A stretch of DNA of 64,000 nucleotides. It comes from Blasia pusilla (Eukaryota). The notes below the pieces were generated by a model, which was given only the letters and a program-made list of their open reading frames with translations, searched no databases and was not told where the DNA came from. A program made the position numbers and the translations under genes. Location: NCBI GenBank assembly GCA_050084515.1, contig CM114271.1, positions 39,246,001 to 39,310,000 on the forward strand. Direction: 5' to 3'. Shown in pieces: positions 52,545 through 64,000 of this stretch (position 1 is the first letter of the stretch; every line of letters starts with the position of its first letter).

Positions 52545-54560
52545 TAGAGTTCGACCTCTAATGCTCTTCACCTCCCAACAAAGTACTTTTGACCGTGAGA
52601 TTTGCAAGTTGAAGTCTTGGGTTGAGTCTCAAAGATTGGATTGGTTGCATTTTGTGTGTCGTGCGCCTACTCTCCTTGAACGTTAATCTTGTTTGTTGCG
52701 GAAGCGTACGTTCAGTAGGTCACGCTCTCAACGCTGATCTGCATCCAAACACGCACTTTGGTTAGTCGGGTCTTGGATCAATCAGCGGGATTACTTTCCG
52801 AGTTCTGGTCTCGGACTCTCATCAAACTCAACCTTCCTAGTTTCGCGGTTTACAACACGGGCAAATCTCGAAAGACTTGGGACAGACTTTCTGGTCGGTT
52901 CAGGAACCTGAAACGGCGTTTCGCGCCTAGCGGTTCCAACTGTCCGATGGACATCCAATGAGTTCCTCATCAAGACTCGCACGAAGTGAATCTCGAGTTG
53001 GAATCCAAGTGTGGCGTACAAAGTCCACTCCCTTGGATCAGGTTTGGGTTTCGAGTTCCCACGCCAAACTCCCGTTCCATCCCGTGCCTCTGAAACGCCG
53101 TTTGGCGCCCAAAGTGGGAATTCGTTTCTCGAGACCTCTCGGAGAGACTCCTCCCTTACTAGTACTTCTGGGGATCTCCGGGGATCTCCGGGGGCCCCCT
53201 ACATTTAGGGAAAGACACCCGGGCCTCTCCAATTGGTCCTCAACCCGATTGCTCTCTCAATCGTTTTCGGCCAATATCTCTGCATATACTTATGCGTTTG
53301 TTGAGGTCTTTGATGCGTCGGAAGCGTCTTAAGATCAGCTTTCTAACGCGCCCTTACTTGTCCTGAACGCATCTTGGAGCTCAAAGTTATGGTCCTAAAT
53401 ACAGTCAGATTCTCCCAAACGCTAGTCGTGTTCCAAACTGGTTCTCACCTCTTTGGCAACCAACCTCCCAAGACTCAACTCATCTCAAGTCTTGGCTCGC
53501 GTTTGGTCTAGGTTTCCTGGTCGCGACCACTAATGCATGAAACGCACAACTTTGTTCTGCGTTTCGTCTCTTAGACTTTTCCAAATGCCTCTCCAAAGCG
53601 CAAACCTCGCAGCGTGGGTTCCCTTGAGTTCTGATGTTTCGCTTGGCGCCTATTTGGTGTTGTTTGGTTATGAGGGTCACGATATTGTGGGTAGTTGGGT
53701 AGCCGCGAGGGTAGCCACAAAACGCTAAGTGGTTTCGAATCTCCAATGGTGCACATCTTCTTCTTAAGAAACCTCTCCCCCAAGCTTTGAACAATCTCCC
53801 TAAGTTGCTCGCTTAAAGTGGAGCCCAATTGTTATTTCCTTAAAGGTATGTCCCGAATGGTTCCTTAGCTCAAACCTAAAACATGACCAAAGTGGCATTA
53901 TGATTAATCCTCTTTTCATGGACTTAAGCAAGTAGGGAGGGAGAGGAATCTCAAAGGATATCCCTCCTATGTGTGCTTCTAGGATTCTCTAAGAGTACCC
54001 CTCCTTTCCCATCATGCATCTTGGATCCTTCATTTTGTCTCACAACCCAAGCATGGTTATCCCCAAGATTGCTTGGTGGAGTCTTGGTGCATATTTTGCA
54101 ACCTCCAACTCCCCAAATGCATCTCTTATAGCTTGGACCTACATTTTGTGTGTCTCAAGGCTAGAGCTTGTCTTGACTCTTGCTTTTCCGGCGTATCATG
54201 GTTGTCTTGTTGTCCTTCGCATTTTGTGACTAGTCTTATGGCGTCTCGCCCTTCTTGACTACGTTTGTATTCCTTGTTACTTGCTCTTGACTCGGACTTG
54301 GCTCAAGGGTCTTACACCTTGGTTGCCTTGCCCTCATCCTCGGGAGTGGCTACAACCTTTCCCACCTAAGGTTAGTCTCAAAGCACGTGCCCGTCTTAAC
54401 TAGCGTTTATCCCATAGTTGGTTCCATCGACCTTCCTAGTCTTGTGACTAGCTAGTCTAGGTTTTGACTTTTGTAGGTCATACCAAGATCTCTTCTCCTT
54501 GAACCAAAAATCATGATTACCTTTACAAGTTCATGTTAGTATATGTGCCATAGACTTAGC
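52545..54560. repeat. Family D repeat, copy 2, split by the solo LTR at 52657-53684
   Basis: Similarity to 360-1310 on both sides of the solo LTR. Confidence 0.6.
52657..53684 (-). mobile_element. Intact solo LTR (family A) with TSD TTGTG
   Basis: TGTCGTG...CACGATA (terminal CA mutated to TA); TTGTG at 52652-52656 and 53685-53689; homologous to the other three family A LTRs. Confidence 0.9.
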
Positions 54561-54692
54561 TATTTGTAATGGAGGTAAGGAGGGGGGACTTAAAGAGTTG
54601 GGGAATATGAAGTTCATGTTAGAATATGTGCCATAGATTTAGCTACTTGTAATGGAGGCAAAGAGGGGGAACTTAAAGAATTGGGGAATAGG
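54527..54692. repeat. About 83-bp tandem duplication
   Basis: AAGTTCATGTTAG.ATATGTGCCATAGA.TTAGCTA.TTGTAATGGAGG...TTGGGGAATA occurs twice. Confidence 0.8.
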
Positions 54693-57595
54693 AAGGCCAT
54701 ATTTGGCAGGGGGCAAGAAAAATAAGGAACACCCCTAAATCTAACCCCACCAATAGTAGAAATAATATCAGAAAAAAAAATTTCATGCCTTTTATATCAT
54801 AAAAAATTGTATGTAATCAACATATCGGAGGACTTGGGTGCGAGGAGATTAAGGATGATGTGTTGAGGAATAAGGTAACTTGAGTGTGCAAGTGGGTCCC
54901 TTCCACTTGAGAGAGAATGAGTTCCTAAGCCCTCTCCCCAGTGACTTGTATTCAAAGATCACCCTTTTGTATATTGTGCAACGATGTGATGTGTATGCAT
55001 ATGACAAAACAAACATGATTACCATCACAAAGGCCCCGAGTAATGGAACCTACCATACTTTGACCCTGCTATAAAAGCTAAATGGCTTGCGTGAGTTGTA
55101 AAGTGATGTCTACAATATAAGAGAGTAATAACAAAAGACAACCCATTTCTCAAATGGAGAAGATACACAAACTTGGTAAGGAAATTGTAAAATCTCTTGT
55201 GTATAGCCTCATATATCTTAATAGATAATGGGACCAAATGATGTCCTTCATGAGGACAACTTTAAAGGTGAGTCTTCTTCCTTGTAGTCGCTCCTTGCAT
55301 CTATCTTCCTTGTACAACCACATCTTCGCGATCTCGCTCTCGCGCTGGATTTTTAACTACAATGTCCACCATCACCATGTCCATGCCCCACATAATATAT
55401 GGATACCCTTGAATGAGGAAACTTTTCATTGAGTAGTGCCGCTCCCTGTCCATATGGAGGCCTGTTCTGGTAAGAAATAAAGAACATGATATCCCATACA
55501 ACATCAAGACCTACTATAGAAAACATGGATGTCTTTGCCTTGATATCCTCTCAACCTCCCATTTTCAAGTAAATGTAGTCATATTCAAGAGATGGTTTAT
55601 GTTTTTGACTTCCAATGGTTTTGGATGCGATCGAGAACCCTCCTTTCTTGCAGTATGGCTTGACGTTTAGGCTGTGCGCCCACTAGGGATAATCTTTGGC
55701 CTAGCCATTTCAAGCTAATATTGACACTCTATACTACATCTTGCTATTCGTAACGAGAATCAATTTTCCATGGGGATACACTCTTACAAGGTTAAAGTGC
55801 TCACACCATGCGACGGGGAAATGAAATCGTGCCCTAATCTCATTTCAACTCGAAATTTAGAAACCACTTGTTGCATCTCTCACCTAGGATAGGATGAAAG
55901 CATCCTTTGATACATGTATGCTCACCTTAGATCCATGTTTCTACTATTGGTTTAGAAATTCATCATATTTATTTTGTTCATTAATCCTCTCGCGGTGTAA
56001 ACCCATGCACCACACCATCTATACTATAAATGAGTATAACTTTTTGATTTGCAAACATCTTTAATCTTGAAATAGAGGTGAGACCATAAGAAAACGTGTT
56101 GGGTTGATAAAGTGGCAAACAAGGAAATCCTTTTATGAATTTTTGGGCATCATGATTATTTGCCCCTACATAGCACTAGCTCTCCACCGGTCCCTCGACC
56201 ATAATCGGACTAGCAATCCACCAATCCCTTCATAATCCGGGAGAGTCCCAAATTATCAAGGGACTAGTTAGGACCCACAAGGGACCATGCAATGCACATC
56301 CTTTCATTAATACCTTCACTCTCTTTACCAATTTTCAAACCCCGTTAAGGTGACAAAAGCATTGTTGAGGGAAGTTTAGTGACAAGTGTCAAACATATGA
56401 GCAACTTTCAGGTTCCAGGTCCTCGAAAGGATTTAGGGTCCTTGAAAGGATGTGGGGTCCTCTAAGGACCTGGTCCTATACAACCGAGGTCACAGGACCC
56501 GGCCCCACCGTTTCGAATCTTTGTTGATCCAGCGGATGACATTCACGGGACTCGAACCGAATTCGTGTCGTCAAAACAGAGGGCGCAAGTTTTGCGACCT
56601 TGTTACCACCTATTTCCAACCGGCGAGAAGGAAATAACGCGGTTGCTATACGACGATCATAGCAAGGACAGCCGACCGCATGGGACCGGGTCCTAAAGCA
56701 GCTTAAGAAAACTGCATCCTCCAATTAGAGTACACATATAGATATACATAAAAAATATAGATTACCAAGCGCCAAACTTAGTTTCATGGGGTTCGAGAGT
56801 GCCAATAATTGATGCGAGCAGTCTCAAAGCGGATTTTCGCACCGTTCTAAAACGAGATTTGCGCTTGTCTATGAGCAGCAGGCGTAAATCCTGCGGCGCC
56901 AGGTGGTGCAGGAGCCCGCGGCGGCCGGGAGCACCCCGCCAAGAAGAAGGAAGAGACGGAGAAGGGGAAGGGGAAGAGATCGTTGCAGGAGCGCAGGAGA
57001 TCGCGGCGTGCTCGGCATCTTTTTTCAGCGAGGGGAATACATCTAGTCGTCCTACGGACTGCACGACGCGCCGGGTTTGGCAAGGACGTCGCGAGGCTGT
57101 AGTAACCGATTTGGGAGGTTCCGTGATGTGTGGCCTGAGGTGACAGTGAGGTTTCGATCGCGCCCGGGGGTGGATGTTTGGTTGCGTTGCTGATTGCGTC
57201 AAACGCAGATGTTTCGGTCCTCTGCGAGCTCCTTGGATTCGAGGTTTAGGTCGTCGACCGCACAGGTAATGTTGGGCAATGTGTGCGTCGTGGACATGTT
57301 TCTGGCGGAAGTGAGGGCTTTCGCAGGTGTAGCTGTCGCTAGACCTCCGTCAGTACCAGGAATCCTCACGGCACCAGCACGTCACAGCAACTGGGCTTCC
57401 AGCTGGGCCTTGTGGAAGCTCTCTCGGCCCCGCTTCTTACTCTTCCAGTTTTATCGAGGCGGCCGTGAATGATCCTGTGTTCGTCTAGCGACTCGGAAGT
57501 CGAAACGTTGTGCACTAGGGCTTCCTGCGGTAATTCTGCGTCCTCTGGGGAGGGTGATTTAACCTTACAAACGACACGAGGATAATTATTCACAG

Positions 57596-57599
<4 letters not shown>

Positions 57600-57631
<32 letters not shown>
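57600..57631 (+). repeat. (GA)n microsatellite
   Basis: Uninterrupted GA run. Confidence 0.95.
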
Positions 57632-57635
<4 letters not shown>

Positions 57636-60600
57636 GAGAATCCAATCACCATAATTGCGGAGGACGAATGGAGAATGCCACGCACCGCTTATCGGAAAGA
57701 TCAGTACCTTCTAATTCTTCGCGCGCTCCTTCCACCTGAAACACAGGACGTTCACTAGCGTTGAGACTCATGACACATCTCTGAATTTCTGTTGCTCTTC
57801 CAACAGCAACTGAAGCTGGCGTGAGGAGCTATTACTTCAATCGTTGTAGGTGAATAACAACTCAACCTATCTGTACAGTGAAGATGATTTCATCTTCAAT
57901 TGTGGAATGTGTCCATTACGAGAGGTTGCCGAGCAAAATAGATAATTGGTACAGTCATAATTCAATATGTAAGCGAAAGAGATATGCGAGTCAGCTCTTG
58001 ACAGGCTCAGTTTTCTAGCCTCCCAACTCAGATACTCTGAGATCTGCAAAGGAAAACCTCACTTCACTACACTGTACTGCCGCCGAGTAGGATAAGAAAT
58101 ATTTATTTTTGGGGACCGGCCTGGAAAATCGTCATACGCGCCCTCAGCGTCTGAGACGAAGCCTTTCTCCGAGAGATCAATGTGCACCGGCAACCTTGGA
58201 ACTCCGCTCTTGCCGATGAACGGACTGCCAGATCTCCCTCATCCTCCCAACGGTTAGATGCCTTAAACGCACCAACTTTGGCCACCCGGTGGAGGGAGAG
58301 AGAAGCAATAGGATGTTCATAGTTCGCCAGTACCCATTTTCGCTTCTCTGCGTATGCTCGTCCGTCGCGAGGGAGAGAAAGCATGCGAAAGAATGATCGA
58401 TAACAGCAAAGAATGCCGTGTTCTCACGGGATTGGCAAGATCTGCTTAGACTCCGGGTTCGGGCTTCCGCCACGCGTGGGCCCGCTGAAGGAGAAGAAAG
58501 GGCGTCGAAGAACCAGATCAGAGCTCCCTGGGGCCGTGCCGATGGGGGTGGCGGGGTGCCCGTCGAATGACTGCGGAAGCGCCGCATTCGGCCCATTGTG
58601 ACACACTGCACGTACACAATTTGACAGTGCACCTGCTACTTCGTACCGATAGACGAAGATCTTCAGACTTTCTCTGTCCTCCTTCTGCGCCCTCTGGTTC
58701 TTGACAGGGCTCTCACCTGTGTAGGAATCACTCCGCGCTTTCTCTTCTACCTTCTCTCAGGTAAATGACCTACTCCGTGTGATTGCCCTCAACAAGCGCG
58801 ATTTCCGTCTATTCTTTACGGGATCACGAATGGCAGGAAAAGGGGCCGATAGCCGGTAGGGGCGGGAATGTTCACAATTTCAGGACGTGTTCAGGGTTAC
58901 ATTTTGGGACGGTAACCCATGTGAACTAACGCAGTTCAGTGAACCTCGTTTGCAATCCACTTGGATCTTACGGATCTACCTCTCCTGTGTGCTCTTCCCG
59001 GTTGTCAATCGATGTGAAGATTCACCATCTCGGTGGTACTAGTATCGATATTGTTTGTCTGTATGCTTCGTAGATGTGATGACATAAGAAGATTTTATTT
59101 TTTCGCAGGATGTGGCAGAGTTAGAATACTTTCCCGGTTGGTCTCTTTCTTCAGAGTCTCAGAGTCTGCTCCCGTTTGCACGAATGTCAGCAACCTAGAC
59201 GCCGGACCTGATCTTTTCACTGGCTTTTCTCCGCATAGTGTCGCATGACCGTTCAAGGCTTGAAGAAGAGGGTACACAGAGAATCCTGTCTCGTGCAGGA
59301 TTTCCGTTGAGCTTTGTCGCTTAAGGACTGGTTTGGAGGAACTTTTTGAAATGCTAACTCTCGATCGCGCTCTCCTCAATGTAAGCCCTACATTAAGGCT
59401 GTGAGTGAGTGGTCAGCTCTTTTCTGTAGATCCGCAGATGAAAATCTCCCCGCTATCTCGTTGAACGATCACAATTAGTTTTCTTACATGATTCTCCTAT
59501 TTAGACCATTTGGCAAAATATCACGCACTTCCGTTGCTGCTTTAAGGGAACCGCGCGTCGTTATTCAGGCTTCTCTCCGAACTTTGTAGAAGGATGTTTG
59601 TATATGATGGTGTAATAAACATCTCGGTTGAAACTCAAGCACTCCTTTTCTTCTGTAACCTATCACGCTGGTCGTAACCAGAGGTAGCACCTCGGGGATT
59701 TGCCCACAAGGATCAATCGCTGCGTGGAGTTCTGGGAATGCAAAGTGGTAAGGACCTTTACAATAATTAGATCTGCTCCTGAGCTCTTGGACGAGACGCC
59801 AAATCATCATCCTACGCACTGCTGGAAAACAAATGTTTACTGGCAGTTGTGTTTGTAATGTGATTTACCGTTCCCAAAAGGCTTTTGTATGATGACTAAA
59901 TTCTTGTTTCTGTGGACAGGTGGTTTATACTTCAGCTTGAAGGTCCGGGAGGCCGATGGATAGAGTGTTTGACGTAGACCTCGAGCTCTTCTCGGATCTT
60001 GACATTTGACCCGAGTCTCCTCATCAAAACTGGTCACCAACTTGACTTTCGTGAGTAATTTAATTCTTGGCCTTTTAAGGAGCCAACCCTAGATTAGAGG
60101 ACGGGCGTATCTCCGATCTGTTGTAACAACTCTGTAATGTGTAATGGGTGATTCTGGACAAGTAACGGATTCTGTCAGTAGTCCTTCCTATTGTTCAGCG
60201 ACCATGAATACTGAGCATTGGGGATGGCAACGGATAAGCCTGCTTTACCCCTCACATGGGTGGAAGCGGATGAGGAAACACAACTTTTATGGCCGATGTA
60301 CCCACTGCAAGGGTTGAACCCAAGGCCACTTTACGTGTGCAATTCGACTCCAATTCAGTTTGTTGGGGAAAGACCTGCTGGAGCGCAACCTGGCGTTCTA
60401 AGGAAATGTCCACAGAAGCAAGGCTGAAGGCCATCAAGAAATGGGAATGGAAAACTCGTTGGAATTCTCCGGATAAAGTGTGAATGAGGACTGTGCAGTT
60501 GTTCATCAAGGGTTCTATATGAATATCTCGTGCTGCTAGAAGCGCCAAAAGAAGAGCTGTTCAAGTAGGCAGCCATGTCAGAATCATGTTGAGATGTTCT

Positions 60601-60910
60601 AGCGAACATTTTCAGGGGTGAGGAAAGGGAGAGGAGCAAAATAGAACTTCATGCATAGAATTAGGAAGCATGTTTCATGGACGCGGAAGAGTGTATGTGG
60701 CATTGAGATTAGATTGACATGTCTTGACGTCTCACAGCATCCCAGTGTAGGGAACTTTGTTACAAGTTTTTGTCTGGCTTAAAAAAGTCCCTCTGAATGA
60801 TGAAAAGTAATATGGAACTCTCTGTGGTTGTTTACAGGCTAGGAGTGGAGATCGCTTTTGTTGAGGCTTCTGGATTTCTTTTATTGCAGAAGCTGATCGT
60901 GTATGCTGAT

Positions 60911-63900
60911 ATGCCGCCATCTGCAGCAGCTGAATGGCGTGGAAAGGCTGGTGGTTTTTTTTCATCCTCAAGTGAGCTTTCCTGAACTCGTCCTAGCCCA
61001 GATGTTTTCATTGGAAGCAAGGCACTGATAACCTAGAAGAATCTACAAGGCGGATCATTGGTCGAGCTAATCACACCAAGAATGCATGTGGAGAAGGATT
61101 TCTGTAATGTGGTTACTGCAACTTTGTAAGTTGGTTCAATATGGACCGGAATGCCTCATTACAGTATACCACAGGGATTGTTATGAATTCAAACTATGAG
61201 GAGTGGAATTCAAGCACCTGCACTAGTGGCGATCAGTATCAGAACACAAGAGCACAGTTTCTGACATTGGAAACTGCTTCAAGGTCACCTCTGTCTGTTA
61301 TGTGTTGGCCTCAAAATAGATGTACACCATTGAAAGATGAGCAGATCTCAGTGGACAGAAGCTACCCACCTAAAAATATTAACAAGGAGCTTTGTATGGC
61401 AGGCATAAAACTTAGGCAGGCAACACAAGTTGCAGGGTCGGTTGTAGGGGATGTGGCAAAAACTGCTGGATCAAGTGTGGCAGGGGCTGCTGAGCGAGCA
61501 GGCTCAGTTGTTCGTGCCCGATGGTCTCTTCTGCAGTTGCAGCAGCAACAAACACAAGATACTTCATCACTGCAAGATCGTCCCTCAGTGCAAGAACGTT
61601 GGCGAACAGCCAGCTTGATGTTGAAGAAGGGCTTACAGGACACAAAAGAATTGGCTACAGTAGGCTTTTTGGATACCAAGGAGAAAGTTACGGTTGGTCT
61701 GGTGGAAACTAAAGAGAAGCTAGCAGTTGGAAAGACCAAAGTTGAAGAGGTGTGCCACAATTCTGACAGATTCTGACATAGTACTTCTGATAGATATACC
61801 TAAACTCCTGGTCATCTTCTTGAATCAAAATACATTCAGCTGTGGACGAGGCTAAGGGTCGATTACACCTTGTGCTAGGTGACATGTATGTTTTCCTTGT
61901 GTAGACGAGTTCTTCATGTCCTTACTTCTAAATTTGTCATGTCTTTAAGGGTAGATTGGAGATTTTCCTCAGAGTGCCGTTGAAGCCAATCAAGATCCAA
62001 GTTGACAAGGAATCTGGAGTATCTTATATGCCAGAGTTGGTATAACTGGGCCCAGTCACCCGCCAAATGTCTATATCCTGCCTACCTAAATTCGTCATGT
62101 GTTGAAAGGTTAGGATGGAAATCTTCCTGAGATTGCCGTTGAAGCCTAGTAGGATCCATCTTAGCAAGGAATCTGAAATTCTATTTCGCATTCCAGAGTA
62201 AGTGGGGGCGAAGCACCTGCCAAATATCAACATCCACCCTACGTATTCTTGCTCCTGATCAGACTTGCAATTAAAGTTAGAAAGGGATTTGTGCAAGGGA
62301 CCACCAGACTGCCAAATCTTGGATTATAGACCTCATAGACCTGATTGTTCTGACTGAGGGCTCCCAATATGTCTGCCGGTCTTGCAGGCGGCACGGAAGG
62401 CAGCACAACGTAGCAAGACCATTATTGCAGACTGGCGCCAAAAGGTAGGGTGATTTACAGCCAGTTGGAGGTGGAATTGGTTTTGCACTTTGATGAATTC
62501 CTTACTATGTCATTTGCATATTATCGAAGCTACGAAAAGTTGTACTACAGAGATTCCTTTCTCTTGTAGACCCTTACTAACTACACTTGTAGACTACTCA
62601 CTAACCATATTTGTTTATTGTGGTTCACAGGGTGCTGGTGGCAAGGGTGGTAAGTATCAACCTTAATGTGTTTCATGTCTGAGGGGTTCTTGGTGATTGA
62701 ACCTTACTTGCTCCCATCGCCTTTGTCTTGAGGCCACAAAGGTGTGGAATATCCTGATGTAGCGATGGAGCCCCTAAAGAATTAAGAGTGGGAGACTTCC
62801 AGTTGTAGAGCTTGCACCAAAGCTATATGGGTCATAGACATTCCAGATGGAAGTTTTACTCTGAGGGGGGTGACCAGGAGAAACCAGTTTTAAGAATAAT
62901 CTGAAAGAATATATTGAAAACTTTTGGGTTACTTTTAGATGGTCCGATCTTCATTTAAGATTTTCAACACTTCATGCATGTTGACTTCTTACCATCATCT
63001 TTTGTAATAGAGTTCCATTTCTTGAATATATCCCAAGAAAATCATATCAAATCCACAGTGCTTACAGTGATGTGTTCCTGTAAAAAGTACTCTTCTTGAG
63101 GTTGACCTACCTTTTTATTCTTGTTTCGTTTCAGTGTTTGGGGTACCACTGGAAATTCTTGTGCAGAGGCAAAAGAGTACCAGACCCATCCCCTCCATCG
63201 TCATCAAATGCGTTGATTTCTTAGTCATGTCAGGTGAGGAGGTGTCCTTTGTCTGTTGGATTTAAATAGCTAAGATTGTGTGGTACCTTGAGCTGGAAAC
63301 TTTGTCCAAAGGTATGTGGGATGACAGGGTGATGAGCTGAATGTTTCAGTTTTCACTGTTACTGAATGCAAACTCTTTTCTTGCAGGATTGAATGCGGAG
63401 TACATCTTCAAGAAAGATGGAAATCATCGAGTGGTGGACCGGCTTATTGCTTCTTTGAATGAAGGTGACATTACATCATTCTCTAATAGATGTTCTGCTT
63501 TGTGAGTATGAGTAGGGCTTTCTTCAGGAAAGAAGATTCATTCTCCTTTTGTGTTAGAAAAAGCTTAAGCATCACAGGAACAATCTTCATGGCTTTACCT
63601 TCATCGTCATTGAAGGAAGTATCTTTGAGTTGACGTGCTCAGGGATTTCCTTATCATGAATAAACTCTGCTATTGACTGTTTTTTCAGAACTTCAACACT
63701 TATCAATTGACATTAGGTCTGACAGAAGTGAGGGTATGAATGCTGCAGACCCTACTACATCAGTGCAAGGGGCAAGCCCAATTGATGTGGCAGCTTTGTT
63801 GAAAGCGTTTCTGCACATGCTGCCAGAGCCTCTCTTAATGTTCGAGCAGTATGATGCCTTCGTTAGTGCTCGTGGGAATGTTGTGAGACTACGCCAGATA

Positions 63901-63990
63901 GTTTCGGCACTTCCTCCAGCAAACTACTTTACTTTGGAGTGTCTTACAGCTCTGTTGTTGCGCATCAGCCAAAAATCAACTGTCAATAAG
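60911..63990 (+). CDS. RhoGAP-domain protein, At5g61530-like, 3'-partial. Exons 60911-60971, 61403-61749, 62388-62444, 62631-62649, 63135-63233, 63387-63464, 63749-63990
   Basis: MPPSAAAEWRGKAGGFFSSS..IKLRQA..VVRARW; KTKVEEAARKAAQRSKT; VFGVPLEILVQRQ..IPSIVIKCVDFL; GLNAEYIFKKDG; IDVAALLKAFLHMLPEPLL. GT-AG phases consistent. Confidence 0.85.
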
Positions 63991-64000
63991 GTGGGCATTT

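Noticed and set aside
56762-57599. Possible minus-strand gene
   Set aside because: GC-rich with short ORFs, but no recognisable family or coherent exon structure; could be transcribed, but this is unsupported.
61141-61402. N-terminal part of the 211-aa ORF as the RhoGAP start
   Set aside because: A better family-like first exon exists at 60911-60971 with an in-phase acceptor at 61402, so this part is intronic.

Overview
Eukaryotic nuclear DNA from a plant, most likely a non-seed land plant (inferred from gene content; host not identifiable with certainty). There are four spliced host genes: a PTM-like Tudor/DDT/PHD chromatin protein (+, 4337-13564), an NLA/BAH1-like SPX-RING E3 ligase (-, 19053-15044), a secreted ferritin-like PCC13-62 desiccation-related protein (+, 41757-46749), and an At5g61530-like RhoGAP running off the window end (+, from 60911). 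A nested transposon island lies at about 20.4-37.7 kb. Its most striking content is a decayed Ty3/Gypsy retrotransposon whose polyprotein reads Gag knuckle - protease - DNMT3-like C5 cytosine methyltransferase - RT - RNase H - integrase (-, 33108-28471). A second, diverged protease-DNMT copy (+, about 21640-24660) keeps the catalytic Pro-Cys motif and sits inside a solo LTR of another family. The island also holds two halves of chromoviral Gypsy elements and Helitron-like ends; a TSD-flanked solo LTR and several smaller repeats lie elsewhere in the window. All calls are by eye from motifs and splice phases; no database searches were run.
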